Made by a program: the position numbers and the translations under genes. 64,000 nt of DNA from Octopus sinensis (Eukaryota). Within the stretch, counting starts at the first letter, position 1. Every line of letters begins with the position of its first letter. Below are positions 1-12,798 of this stretch, piece after piece. The notes under the pieces were generated by a model. That model was not told the origin of the DNA. It ran no database searches and saw nothing but the letters and a program-made list of their open reading frames with translations. The stretch is from NCBI RefSeq assembly GCF_006345805.1, contig NC_043014.1, positions 28,830,001 to 28,894,000 of the forward strand. Direction: 5' to 3'.

Positions 1-407
1 CGTCATGAAAACAAAAATAAAATAAAATAAAATAAGTATAAAGTATAAAGGGAAATGCACAAATGCAGAACAGGGCAGACCAGTGCAGTGGTGTGATGTG
101 GAGTGGTGTGGGTAGGATGGGGGGTGGGAATGAGGAAGGGGAGAAGAGTGGAGTGTAGCAGTGTGCAGTATGGTGCAGAAGAGAGGGGAAACACAGATGT
201 GTGTATGAAGGAATAGAAAAGGCGGCAGTGGTAGCGAACGTGGTGGTGGAGGTGGTGGTGGGGAGCCTTTGCAAAATTACTGCAGCTATGCATTCTATAC
301 ACACACTTATACGCAGACGCCTATATATGTGTGCGCGTGTATGTGTGTGTTTATCTGTGTGTGGGGAGGTGTAAGGGTGGGGTGCATGCATATACATACA
401 TATATAC

Positions 408-442
<35 letters not shown>

Positions 443-1344
443 ACACGTACTGGCAAACAAGCACGTATACACTCACACACAACCTCACACACGTTTGTGG
501 AAATAAACACATATGTTCTTACATTTTACCGTTTCCTTTCTTCTATGCACATACTCACACGTACATTCGCGCGCACTTACCCATAAGCGGTTCTGTTGCC
601 TAAATGAAGACAAAGCAAATTTTACTAAAGGTGAACAGAGGGTTTTGTCGAGTAACTTGATAGCAGTGTATTACTGTTAGGTTTTTGATTTTGGTGAAAT
701 TAAAGACCAACTCGATGCAACCTTACTTTGAACACACAAGCTTGACTAAACAAACTTGTAAAACACTGGATTCAAATTGATTCTCACAAAAATTTTATGC
801 ATAATTACATACTGTGTTACATACACATATATATATTGTATATATATATATATATATATATATAAAGACTTATTTAGGTTATCAATATGTATATAGGCTG
901 AGCATATTCACACATATGCACTTACATGCAGAAAATACAGGTACAAATTTTTTACATATACATATATTACATAACACTCCCTGAATATGCGCAAATATGC
1001 AAGCACAGAAAAATATTCAACGCGTTTTTTTTAACATCTATTGCATAATATTGAAAAATATATGGTTACACATATAAACACGTACATATTCACAAACTCA
1101 TGCAGTAATGAAGACGCTCATGTGTATCTCACCACGATAAAAGTCGTATATGATGTATAAGTGAATAAGGATAATGGTATCGGGACCATATATATACATA
1201 TACGAACATGCTTGATATAGAGAAGACTTGGTGGATATCTTCTCGTGTAGAGACTCATCTATGAGTGAGAAAATAAGGTGAATGTATACGTATATATATA
1301 TATATACACGCATGCTATGAGCGGGTAGATGAGGACAAAGTAAT

Positions 1345-1392
1345 GCATATACGAATATATATATATATATATATAGTCTATACATACATACA

Positions 1393-1424
<32 letters not shown>

Positions 1425-1482
1425 CATACATACATACATACATACATACATACATACATACATACATACATACATACATACA

Positions 1483-1518
<36 letters not shown>

Positions 1519-1540
1519 TATGTATATATATATATATAAT
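1345..1540. repeat. Compound (TA)n/(TACA)n microsatellite followed by (CA)n
   Basis: More than 30 tandem TACA units flanked by TA runs; source of the MYVC/HTYI ORFs. Confidence 0.95.
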
Positions 1541-1596
1541 GATATATTTTTAGACAAGATACTATGGTGAGCTGTATGTGTGCATATACACATACG

Positions 1597-1635
<39 letters not shown>

Positions 1636-2354
1636 AGTTATATAACGACGGGAGATGATGGCCATGCTCGATTAACGTTCGACAAATGGTAACAGTAACT
1701 CTATCAAATGCCGTTCGTCTGTTCTTAGAAAAAAACGGTACAAAGTATTATGCAGTACATAAGCATAGCACAACAAACATACACACCCCACACACACTCA
1801 CACACAAACGCACAACTTCAGATATACACGCACTCACACGTACAGACATATACATATATATATATAGGCGAAAAATAATAAGACGGCGTGCTTAAAGATA
1901 GAATGACCTTGACCAGAAGTCTTCTCAAATAGGTCTGACCGCGGGCTAAATAACAATAACAGCAACAACAACTGCAACACCCTAACGTCTCAAGAAGCAA
2001 AGATCGAAACCCTATTACATAATCACTTCAGTTGCTTCCTTCTATTTTAAAACGCGCTCAACGATTTCCCTTCGACGTTTCGCATGCACGCATACAGAGG
2101 TATTCACACTTGCAGAGATATACATAGACAGGCACACATACACACAATGTCAAAGCAGCCGTTATGTTACTGTGTGTGTCGCCTTCGTGATATTCCACAC
2201 ACTTCCTCTGCATTGCTGTGTATGCCATGTTTATTTCATCTGATATAAAAATTATCTCACAGCCGCAACATTCATAGCATATTGTCAACATCGCTTCACC
2301 GCGGTGTACCCACACACTAGAATGTAAATTAAAACTTACACCCACACTCTCGCC

Positions 2355-2393
<39 letters not shown>

Positions 2394-2554
2394 GTGTGCA
2401 TATGTATGTTTGTATGTGTGTGTATGAGTGAGTGCGTATATTTATGTGTGTAAGATGTAAAAGATTGTGCACGTCTAACTGATAAATATATATGACTATA
2501 TAGATACATGTGTGTGTGTGTGTGTATAATATACATACACACACATATATATAT

Positions 2555-2822
<268 letters not shown>

Positions 2823-3628
2823 ACACATATGTATATATATGTATATATATAATTGACGTATATATATATATATATACGCTTACTTTCACATTCAAATCCT
2901 ATCTGTGTATTAATTGATGTTTGTAAATTTCATGATATATCTACCTATCTATTTATCAATCTACCTAATTAGGTGTGTGTGTATATGTGTATATATACAC
3001 ACACACACATCATTACTTATGTCGCAACTAGAAATATATATGAACATGCCAAGTGCTTATGCATCTATATGGCCACTCAATCCTTTGAAAGTAGTACCCA
3101 AACCTCCTTCAAATTTCATCCTACCTTCACTCTATGTAGCGTACTATTAAACTACAATTTATCTTGGATGTGAAGTGATTAAAACGCTTTTGATCACAGT
3201 CGACCTAGGGCTAAACCATAACTACATCAAGATTCATGGACTATAGAGAGATATACACACATATAGATCCATACACAGCCACACACATATATATATAGAT
3301 GCATTCATACATACACACTTATAGATCCATACACAGCCACATATATATATATATATATAGATGCATTCATACATACACACATATAGATACACATGTATAA
3401 TATTGACTTACAGGACACTCATGCATAAACAGACACAAAAGGATGTGTGTGTAAATAAATAATGCTAAACATGTGGTTCTCTACGTTTATAAATACACAC
3501 GTAAATCCACCGCCCACTCACACACACACACACACATGCACACATACATGTATTCGTTTATTCGTTTCAGCCATGCTAGAGCACCACCGTGAAAAGATAT
3601 GGAAGACCTCCACCCCCACCCCGCCCCA

Positions 3629-3700
3629 CCCGGCGGCCTGCAATCGAACCCTGGTCTCCTGCATGACAGGCGGGGATACTTACCACTGTACTACCGTGGA
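3629..3700 (-). pseudogene. tRNA-Asp(GTC)-like pseudogene or SINE head
   Basis: Minus strand TCCACGGTAGTACAGTGGTAAGTATCCCCGCCT-GTC-ATGCAGGAGACCAGGGTTCGATT closely follows eukaryotic tRNA-Asp (A box, GTC anticodon loop, B box). The 3' halves of the T stem and acceptor stem (GCAGGCCGCCGG) do not pair properly, so it is not a functional tRNA. Confidence 0.75.
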
Positions 3701-3999
3701 CCATGTAGGTACACACACGCACACACACGCACACACACACACACACACACACATACATACATATATTTATGCATACCTCCACATTCATAAACGCAAGATC
3801 ATTATAATAATTTGCACATACACACACATACATACACACATACGTACATAAATACATACATACATACACACGAAAATACACATGCACCCTACCTGCATTT
3901 GCATACAATACAATTTCGACGTGCAAATACATACACATGCAGACACATACATCAACACTGACATACAAAAATGGACATACACACGTGTGTGTATGTATT

Positions 4000-4041
<42 letters not shown>

Positions 4042-4134
4042 TGTGTGTATGTGTGTGTGTGTGTATGTGTGTGTGTGTATGAGTGTGTGTGCAGGCCTAC
4101 AGGCATGGAAGACAAAAGAGCCTATGTGGGATTT

Positions 4135-4325
4135 TCTGTGACCAGTCGACTTACTAGAAACAATAACCAAATCTTCTACAAATATCAACTCAACCGTGGC
4201 TCGATTGAAGGCCTGTTGCATAATGTAGTCTTATGTTCCTCCACACAGGAAAATGGTCACAGATGGAATGCTTTTGATGATACGCATGCTCTATTAACAT
4301 CGCCCTGGGGTTAAACAACAACAAC
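4135..4325. mobile_element. Dispersed repeat family F (decayed, class unresolved)
   Basis: Motifs CTAGAAA..ANCCAAAT, GATGGTCAC..GGAATGC.TTTGAT and GGGTTAAACAACAAC recur near 24000-24170, 44600-44800, 55410-55490 and 56330-56410. Confidence 0.45.
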
Positions 4326-4671
4326 ACCACCAACAAGATCTGAGAATTCCAAACCCTTATTAGCTGCTACTACCTGACATATCTGAGTAGGGAGAACAGT
4401 GCACACTTATAGAAACATGTATAGAGAAACATATTGAAATACGTATATATATATACATACAAGAGGCAGATGTATATATCGTACATACATGTATATAAAA
4501 ATATATACACATACATCAGAGACAGAAAACCCCTAACTGTCGTGTCGCAAATCTACGCTCACACAGACACCTAGTAATGCATGTATAGAAAGATAGGCAT
4601 ACAGTCATAGCCACGCATACATACATAGATACACACATGCAACCACACACACATAGATACACACATGCAAC

Positions 4672-4703
<32 letters not shown>

Positions 4704-4835
4704 GACGCACATTCATTCGTGCATTCATGTATGCACTCATACAGAGATGTGATGTGCGCAGGCAGATATCCACACATGCAAATTATACTAACGCGCATTC
4801 ACAAGCTGACACATACACACACGCGCATACATACA

Positions 4836-4869
<34 letters not shown>

Positions 4870-5239
4870 AGTCGAGAGATAGAAAGCCCTAGCAACAATT
4901 GCCTTTACAACCCTCAGACATGCACTATGCGGAATACTCAGTTGCGCACGCTGGGAGCTAAACATCAATATCTGCAGTGGATATGATAGTGATGCTGGTG
5001 CTAATAATGGTCGTGGCGACGGCGGTGGTGCTGGTGGTGTCGGTGGTGGTGTGGGTGGTGCTGGTTCTGGTGGTGGTGGTCGTGGAATTACTATACTATG
5101 TCTTAGCATTTAATAGCCAAGTGATTAAATATACTTAACTAGTAATAATTGTACTAACTAGTCCAAAACCACAATATATAACAGGACATGCAGTATTTTT
5201 ATCTGTCTCTGTGTAATTCCCAGCATATATGTCCATACA

Positions 5240-5935
<696 letters not shown>

Positions 5936-5942
<7 letters not shown>

Positions 5943-6010
5943 GGGTTTAGCAACAAGTTGATTCACCACATACCGAAAATTTAGAAATAGCAGCAAAAGG
6001 ACCGTTAATT
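5936..6010 (-). mobile_element. Family G terminal sequence abutting (TA)n
   Basis: Reverse complement aligns with 34535-34603 (GCTATTTCTAAA..TTCGGTAT.TGGTGAA...GTTGCT.AACCCT); both copies end in a (TA)n array. Confidence 0.6.
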
Positions 6011-6040
6011 CTTATCACTACAAATATGACTCCACAGAGG

Positions 6041-6072
<32 letters not shown>

Positions 6073-6371
6073 CTGAGAGAGAGGTATAAGGAAGCGGAGG
6101 CGCTGGGGATAAATAGATAAATGCGTAACATGCCTATAGACGTTTACATATAAACTTACATATATATATACATACATGTGCATACTCATCCAGTATATAA
6201 AAGCAAACTTAGCCGACGAGTCAGTGGCATGCACACGTATGCAGTGAGGTGGACCGAGTATATGGAGCAACTCTCACACTAAGCTTAAGCACATACATGG
6301 AATTACTGTAAGCATGCATTAGAAGTTCAGTATGTGTGCGTGTTTTGTAGATAGATAGATAGATAGATAGA

Positions 6372-6716
6372 TATGTTTCTTTATTAGCCACACAGGGCTG
6401 CACACAGATAGAACAAATTACAAGGTAGAGCTTTTCTTTTGAAGGTATAAAAAAAAAAAAAAAAAAAAAAAAAGGAAGGGGGAGGTTCGATCAAAAGGGA
6501 TCGTAAAAGGAGAGAAAGAGGACAAAAATAAGGGGGGTTAAAAAAAAAAAAAAAAAAAAGGGGGGGAGGAAAAAAAATGATCAATAGGGATCGTTATCAC
6601 AGAAATGTCAATATGAAGTGTAAAGGGGAGGACAGGTGAGGTTTACCCGTGGAAAGAAAAGCCTGCGGAAAAGACCACGGTAACCTCGGTCAATGAAGTC
6701 ACATTTTATATTTCTT
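6372..6716 (-). mobile_element. 3' UTR of an L1/Tx1-like LINE (inferred)
   Basis: Reverse complement shares its layout with the 3' UTR of the Tx1-like relic at 58930-59185 (GGT.ACC.TG.T.TTTT...TTTCCA.G.G.A..CC....GTC..CTCCC; terminal CCC.TGTGG.TAATAA.GAAA). Confidence 0.5.
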
Positions 6717-6722
6717 TTTTTT

Positions 6723-6770
<48 letters not shown>

Positions 6771-6816
6771 CAGATAAATAGATTGGTAGATAGATCTATT
6801 ATACATACATATATAT

Positions 6817-7450
6817 ACTAGCTGAATAACCCGGGCAATTTTTACAATAGAATATCTTGTATAAATTTTTGTTTATTCCATGCCCCACCATGCCCTCCCC
6901 GACAGAAAGGCCTCTTGATCAGGCCAAATTTATGAATTTTTTCGAAAAAATCTTCGTTCAGTATTTTTCTCTTTTATAAACTATTTGCATGTCCGTTCGT
7001 CTCTTTCACGTGACTTTATTCATTGAAACTTATTAAAACTTCAGAAGTTCTTACAACTTTGGTCGTCGTAATGCTTTGCTTTCCTTTATTTAACAAAAAA
7101 AATTCCTCCTCGTAATCATTTTCCTTTCATTTTGTGAGAGACTGTTATCATGCAGAAAATACCAGCTTCCCAATCCTGTTTTCTGAATAGGTCAATTACT
7201 TTAAACTTTAAACCTCAGTAAGATCTTTCTTCAATTTTTCTGGAACAAATGAATAAAAAAAAAATCAGATTTAACATGGAAATTTATTACAATATACCAA
7301 ATTTGAAAATGTTGACGTAATTTTAAAATTTCACAATATGTGACAACAACAGAGAAATCCTACAAAAGTCGAGACAGAGAGTTATAGGATGTCACACCCC
7401 CACACACAAATGTACAAAGGCAACCACGAGTTTAAAATGTGTATAGTAGA
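6817..7450 (+). mobile_element. Possible non-autonomous Helitron-like element
   Basis: Starts ACTAGCTGAATAACCCGG and ends TATAGTAGA, resembling from memory the ends of Lep1/DINE-type non-autonomous Helitrons; no TIR or TSD; no coding capacity. Confidence 0.35.
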
Positions 7451-8134
7451 CGTATGTATGTATATATATGTATATGTGTGTCTGTGTGTAAGTGTTCCTT
7501 TGCGATGGACAGCAGAAAAGCCATCTGTGAACAATTGCTGTGAAGTTACCCCCCTCTCCTTAAAGCTACGTATTCCTCACACACACACACCTTTCTTTCT
7601 CTTCCTCGGGTTTTAAAACTTACTTATGTGTATGCGCATGCATGTTTATGTGTGTGTGATGTGCGCACGCATTGCGAGTGAGTGTATGTGTGTGTGTATT
7701 TGTATGCATGTATCTATGTATTTACGAAAGTATGTATGCAGCGTTGCCTGTATATCCCTGAATGACAGCTGTATTAACGTTAACATCCCACTGCACTCCA
7801 TATTTGTCGCTTACACAAGTTTGTTCTCCCCTTTCTAGGTATCAACCACACTCACATTGCCATCACATTTCCCTCACACTAACACTCTTGCACCCTTCTC
7901 ATTTTATCAAATAATAGTAGAACTCTGTAAAATAAATCAGCTGAGGGGTAATACTGGGAAAGATATTTATTGAAATTCAATTCGCCTATAATTCAACTGG
8001 ATGTTGGTTTTCTCATGTATGCGAAGTTTCGTCAAGGTTAATTCAATGGTGAAGGCAGCAAAAATGTAACAGGCATAGAGACAGATAGACAGACAGACAG
8101 ACAGAAATTGCCAATTATGTATAAGATATATCAC

Positions 8135-8270
8135 GGGTTTCTTTCACTTACTATGTACCTGATTGAATCACAAAGCTTTGGTCCACCGGGGTTATAGTAG
8201 AATATACTCGCCCAAGGTACCAAGCAGTAGGACGGAACTCGAAACCAAGTGGTTGAAAAGCAAGTATTTT
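8135..8270 (-). mobile_element. SINE family A, decayed 5' half
   Basis: Aligns to the tRNA-like head and CTTGGGCAAGTGTCTT block of other A copies. Confidence 0.7.
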
Positions 8271-9250
8271 ATATATACAGCAGAATGTGTAAAAATACAC
8301 AGTAGAAAGAGAAAAATACCCAGCCTGGACTGTGTATAGCACTGTGTAAATACAGTCAGCAGAGTGTAAAAATACACAGCCGAGTGTACACTCATCGAAC
8401 AGAGCTTAATCTCAATATAAGTTCTGATGACATAGAAACTCATCCATGGAATAGTTTAAGTGTAGATAGTGTAAATACAATAAACAGTGTAAATGCACAC
8501 AGTACATAAAGCTCGTACAAATATACATGGTTAATATAGTCAATTCCTTGACATCAGCCTTGTTGATTTGTGCCTCTCTGAACTCTAACTATGATAAGAG
8601 TTCAATGTGACGAACAGCTGTCAGATTTCTTATGCTCTAGGTAATTGCATCAGTATATTGGAACTCTCACTGAAAGCGGCTTCCACCTAGTTATACCGAA
8701 CTATTTATTGTTTAGCCCCGACTCAACTTGATTTAGTAGATTTATGGATAAAGATATTAAATTCCAGTGTACTGCATTGGGGATAACTTTATCCAATGCA
8801 GATTTGTTTCTTTTTTAAGCAGGTAAATGTAATTAAATGTGATTAGGTTTACATTGGTTGAGCGACATATTGTTGCTCAGCTTACTACAAATATAGTAGA
8901 ATACATATCGTAAATATGTCTGTCCAGATAAGATTTTGCCATCTAGAAAATGACATCATGTGTTCGGGGTTCAAGATCCATGTAATGTTACGTTGTAGTA
9001 GTTTGGGTTTGCTTGACAGTACATTTCCTTAATTCTCTCTCTTTCTTTGTCTCCCTTTTACTCTCTCCCTTTCTCTCTCTCTCTCTTTCTCTCTCTCTCA
9101 CACAAACACACACACATAAACAAACACACGCACACACACACACATATGCAATGATGACAATTACCACACATGGCGCATGAATCTCTTGCTAAAAACTCAT
9201 ACGAGCTCCATAGACATTTATTTCTTCTTTTTATTATTTACACCTGGCGA

Positions 9251-9466
9251 AAGGTGGCGAGCTGGCAGGACTGTTAGCACACCTGGTGAAATGCTCAGTG
9301 GCATTTCGTCCGTCTTTATGTTCTGAGTTCAAATTCCGCCCAGGTCGACTTTGCCTTTCATCCTTTCTGGGTCGATAAAATAAGTACCAGTTGAGCACTG
9401 GGGTCAATGTAATCGGCTAGCAGCCCCCGCCCCAAGTTTCAGGCCTTGTTGCTATAGAAGAAATTG
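9251..9466 (+). mobile_element. SINE family B, tail type B2
   Basis: AAGGTGGCGAGCTGGCAG head, GAGTTCAAATTCC B box and GTCGACTTTGCCTTTCATCCTTTC.GGGTCGATAAAATAAGTACCAG core (resembles the MetaSINE-type core, from memory). Confidence 0.85.
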
Positions 9467-10055
9467 TATTCAATTCATACTGGAAAGTCACTTCGAGATT
9501 TCACACAGTAGTTATCCAAGGCCTTTGAGGAATATAATCTTGTAACCTGCACATCCTACTAGAGATCATAAAGGGAAGCCCTTAATGATATTTACTTTTC
9601 ATTCAATGCTTGGTTTGAATCCATTCCTGTGTGGTCTCTATTATTTCTCAAGACAAAACAGTAGATTCGATATCATTTCATTGACCACCGGAACTTGTGA
9701 GATGACTGTGGTTGGTGTTAATGTTGAACAATTTCAGAGACTAAACAGAAATATTTGCTGGGTGTGTGCAAGATATTTGTGTGTGTGTGTGTGTGAATTT
9801 TGAGTGTTGCCTTATACGAAAGTACACAGTTTAGTAAATCAGAGGAGAATCAGTCTTAGGAGTGGCAGAGTTTATACAATGAGAATACAGTTCGTGAATG
9901 AAGTGAGTTTTGCAGTATCTTCGTACATGAACGATCTTTTCATTTTGTTGGATACCGTCCAGTATCATTGTGCAAGTATGATACTTGTATGTGTGAGAAG
10001 GATATTTTGATAATGCATGATATGCTTATGTGTGTGACATGCTTATGTATGTATA

Positions 10056-10315
10056 AAAAATAAATAAATGCGTCCTTTTAATGCCTAGCCAGACTCATGG
10101 GCCCGGTTTCCCGGTTTCAACGGCGTATGTGTTCCCCAGATGGACGGGATGCCAGTCCATCCCAGCGTTACTCATTTTTGTCAGCTGAGTGGACTTGAGC
10201 AACGTGAAATGAAGTGTTTTGCTCAAGAACACAACGAGTGTCCTGGTCTAGGGATCGAAACCACAATCTTACGATCATGATGCTGACATCCTAACCACTA
10301 AGCCACGCGCCTCCA
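10056..10315 (-). mobile_element. SINE family D, full length, with 14-bp TSD
   Basis: tRNA-like head GGAGGCGCGTGGCTTAGTGGTTAG...GGTTTCGATCCC; body GATGGACTGGCATCCCGTCC (Nin/Deu-domain-like, from memory); TSD CTTATGTATGTATA at 10042-10055 and 10316-10329. Confidence 0.9.
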
Positions 10316-10824
10316 CTTATGTATGTATATGTAAGATAAGTGTGTGCTTGCAATACTTTATATGTAGAATACTCTTGAATGCAAGAAACTCATGTGTATA
10401 GGACAGTTGCATCGGTAGGATACTTGTGGTTGTAGGATAACTGTGAACGTGTGTTTAAGATATTATGCATATATGTGCATGGTTGCTTGTATGCGTGTGA
10501 GTGTGTGCGTGTGTGTGTATGTGTGTGCACGTATATGCGTGTTCAGAATACATGTTAGTGCAAGACGAGCATGTAAGGTTACTGTTGTGTGTAGGAATGT
10601 TTTGTGTGTATAAAATACTTGTGTATGTAAGATAATGTGTGTTTAGGAAACTGATATGTGTAGAATTCATGTGCTTATTGGATGGTGTCTGTAGGTGTGT
10701 AGGATAATGCATGTGAGTAGGATACTTGCGTGTGTAGGTTAATGAATGTGTATAAGGTTCTCGAATAGGTAGGATAACGCGCATGTGGGTTACATGTGTG
10801 TATAATACTTGTGTGAGTATGACA

Positions 10825-11195
10825 TCATCATCATCATTGTTCGACCGCTTGAGAGGCGGTTGGATGGAACCTACACTCGCCTCCTTATGAGAGCTCAAGA
10901 TATCTCGTGGAAGCGCCATCCAACCAAAATGCAAATATATGGGAAACTACCACCTGTGTCATCTCTTGTGACAGGTAGGAGAGTCCAGTTTGCTGGACAT
11001 TGTTGTAGAGCTGAAAAAGAGTTAATTTCTACTCTTCTCCTCTGGAAGCCATCTACTCACAATACCAGAGGGCGCACTCTCTCATACCCTGATGTAATCT
11101 CCAGGGATACAGGCATCCAGCAACAGGGCCTCTGTAATGCCATGATGGACCGTGAAGTCTGGCGTAGCATGGCAAATTCCATTGTCTCGACCACG
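10825..11195. mobile_element. RTE-clade LINE 3' fragment with internal inversion and 12-bp TSD
   Basis: + strand ORF piece LDGTYTRLL...RRVQFAGHC...PDVISRDTG...AMMDREVWR is typical of an RTE ORF C-terminus; TSD GTGAGTATGACA at 10813-10824 and 11196-11207; inverted (TGA)n tail at 10825-10847. Confidence 0.85.
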
Positions 11196-11426
11196 GTGAG
11201 TATGACACATGTATAAGATAACTAGATAACTGTGGACGTAGGAATGTGAGTGTAAAATACTTTTACGTATATAGTAATTGTGGGTTTGTGTGTAAGATAG
11301 AAATGTGTTTAGGAACAGTAGAATATTGTGTGTGTGTGTGTGTGTCTACTTGTGTGCTGGACAATTGTGCATATATTATATATGTATGACTAGATTACTT
11401 ATGTGTGTGTGTGTGTAAGATACTTG

Positions 11427-11745
11427 GTGGAGGCACAATAGCCCAGTGGTTAGGGCAGCGGACTCGCGGTCGGAGGATCACCGTTTCGATTCCAAGACCG
11501 GGCGTTGGGTGTGTTTATTAAGCGAAAACACCTAAAAGCTCCACGAGGCTCCGGCAGAGGGTGGTGGTGACCCCTATTGTACATTTTCGCATAACTTTCT
11601 CTCACTCTCTCTTCCTGTTTCTTGAGTAACGCTGCGATGGACTGGCGTCCCGTCCAACTGGGGAGAACACATACGCCACAGAAACCGGGAAACAGGGCCC
11701 ATGAGCCTGGCTTGGCTTGAAAAGGGCGACGTTTATCGTTTTATC
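11427..11745 (+). mobile_element. Hybrid SINE: family C head plus family D 3' module, 12-bp TSD
   Basis: Head matches 32678-32831 and 49118-49475; from GAGTAACGCTGCGATGGACTGG onward it matches the family D body; TSD GTAAGATACTTG at 11415-11426 and 11746-11757. Confidence 0.9.
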
Positions 11746-12081
11746 GTAAGATACTTGAGGATGTGCAGAATAGTTGGATGAGTAAGATAATTTCGTCTGT
11801 AAGTTAGGCAAGGTAGTTCCCTGAGGGAGTAATTCTGGGTTGTATAGTTTTATACATATGTCGTATATGTGTGTGCGATAGTTCTGTTTTCCGTGGGACA
11901 CTTGGGTGCGTAGGATGATGAATGTGCAGTGTACTTTTGTATGTAGGGGATGCGCGCGTGAGCAAGATTGTAGAAGTATATGTGGTTATGAAGAATGCAT
12001 AGATGTGTGTAACACTGGAATATTTAGATAAGATACTAGAGTGAGCAGGACAATATGTGCGTACAATACTTATGTGCATAG

Positions 12082-12120
<39 letters not shown>

Positions 12121-12379
12121 TGTGTGTGTATAAGATGAATATGTGTAAAATAATTCTACCTGTTGAATTTTTGTGTGTAAGAAACTTGTGTGACTATAAG
12201 ATACTTGAATGTGTTTAGTGTGGCTGTGTAGTACGAAGTTTGTTTCACAACTGCATGGCCCCAGCTTCTCCCACTGCGTGGTATCTTCGGCATGTATCTT
12301 CATCTATGGCCAGGTGAGTGAATTTCCTAGACAGAAACTAAAAGAAGATCGTGATATTTACATATATATACACATGTGT

Positions 12380-12429
<50 letters not shown>

Positions 12430-12430
<1 letters not shown>

Positions 12431-12630
12431 CATGTGTGTCTGTGTGTCCGTTGTGTTTGACAACCGGTGTCGGTTTACTTACGTCCTCACAGTTTAGCGG
12501 TTCAGCAAAAAGATATCGATAGAAGTACCAGACTTTAAAAATAAGCACTAGGGTCGATTTGCTCGAATAAACACTTAAAGGCAGTACTCCAGCTTGGTCA
12601 CAATCCAATAACTGAAATATAACAAAAGAT
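12430..12630 (+). mobile_element. SINE family A, decayed 3' half
   Basis: TTGACAACCG.TG...TTAGCGGTTC.GCAAAA...GGGTCGATTTGCTCGA...ACTGAAA. Confidence 0.8.
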
Positions 12631-12798
12631 ATACGATAATTGAGTGTGTAACATACCCATCTGTGTATGAAACCTGTCTGTGTTAAGTGCAGGTGTGTGT
12701 TTACAAGTAATTCCTGACTGTGTTAGATAACTGAGTGCATGATAGCATTTTGTGTAAAAGGAAATTGTGCTTGTGAGGTGAAATTGTGTTTAGAGTAA

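Noticed and set aside
4783-5109. Proline-rich ORF (PPPPEPAPPTPPP)
   Set aside because: Derived from a (GGT)n-like low-complexity tract; no domain or splice support.
8250-8520. Recurring GTGTAAA(A)TACACAG motif
   Set aside because: About five irregularly spaced degenerate copies; no constant repeat-spacer structure, so not CRISPR-like; most likely a decayed minisatellite.
8772-8801. 30-bp hairpin CTGCATTGG...CCAATGCAG
   Set aside because: Short and isolated; expected occasionally by chance.
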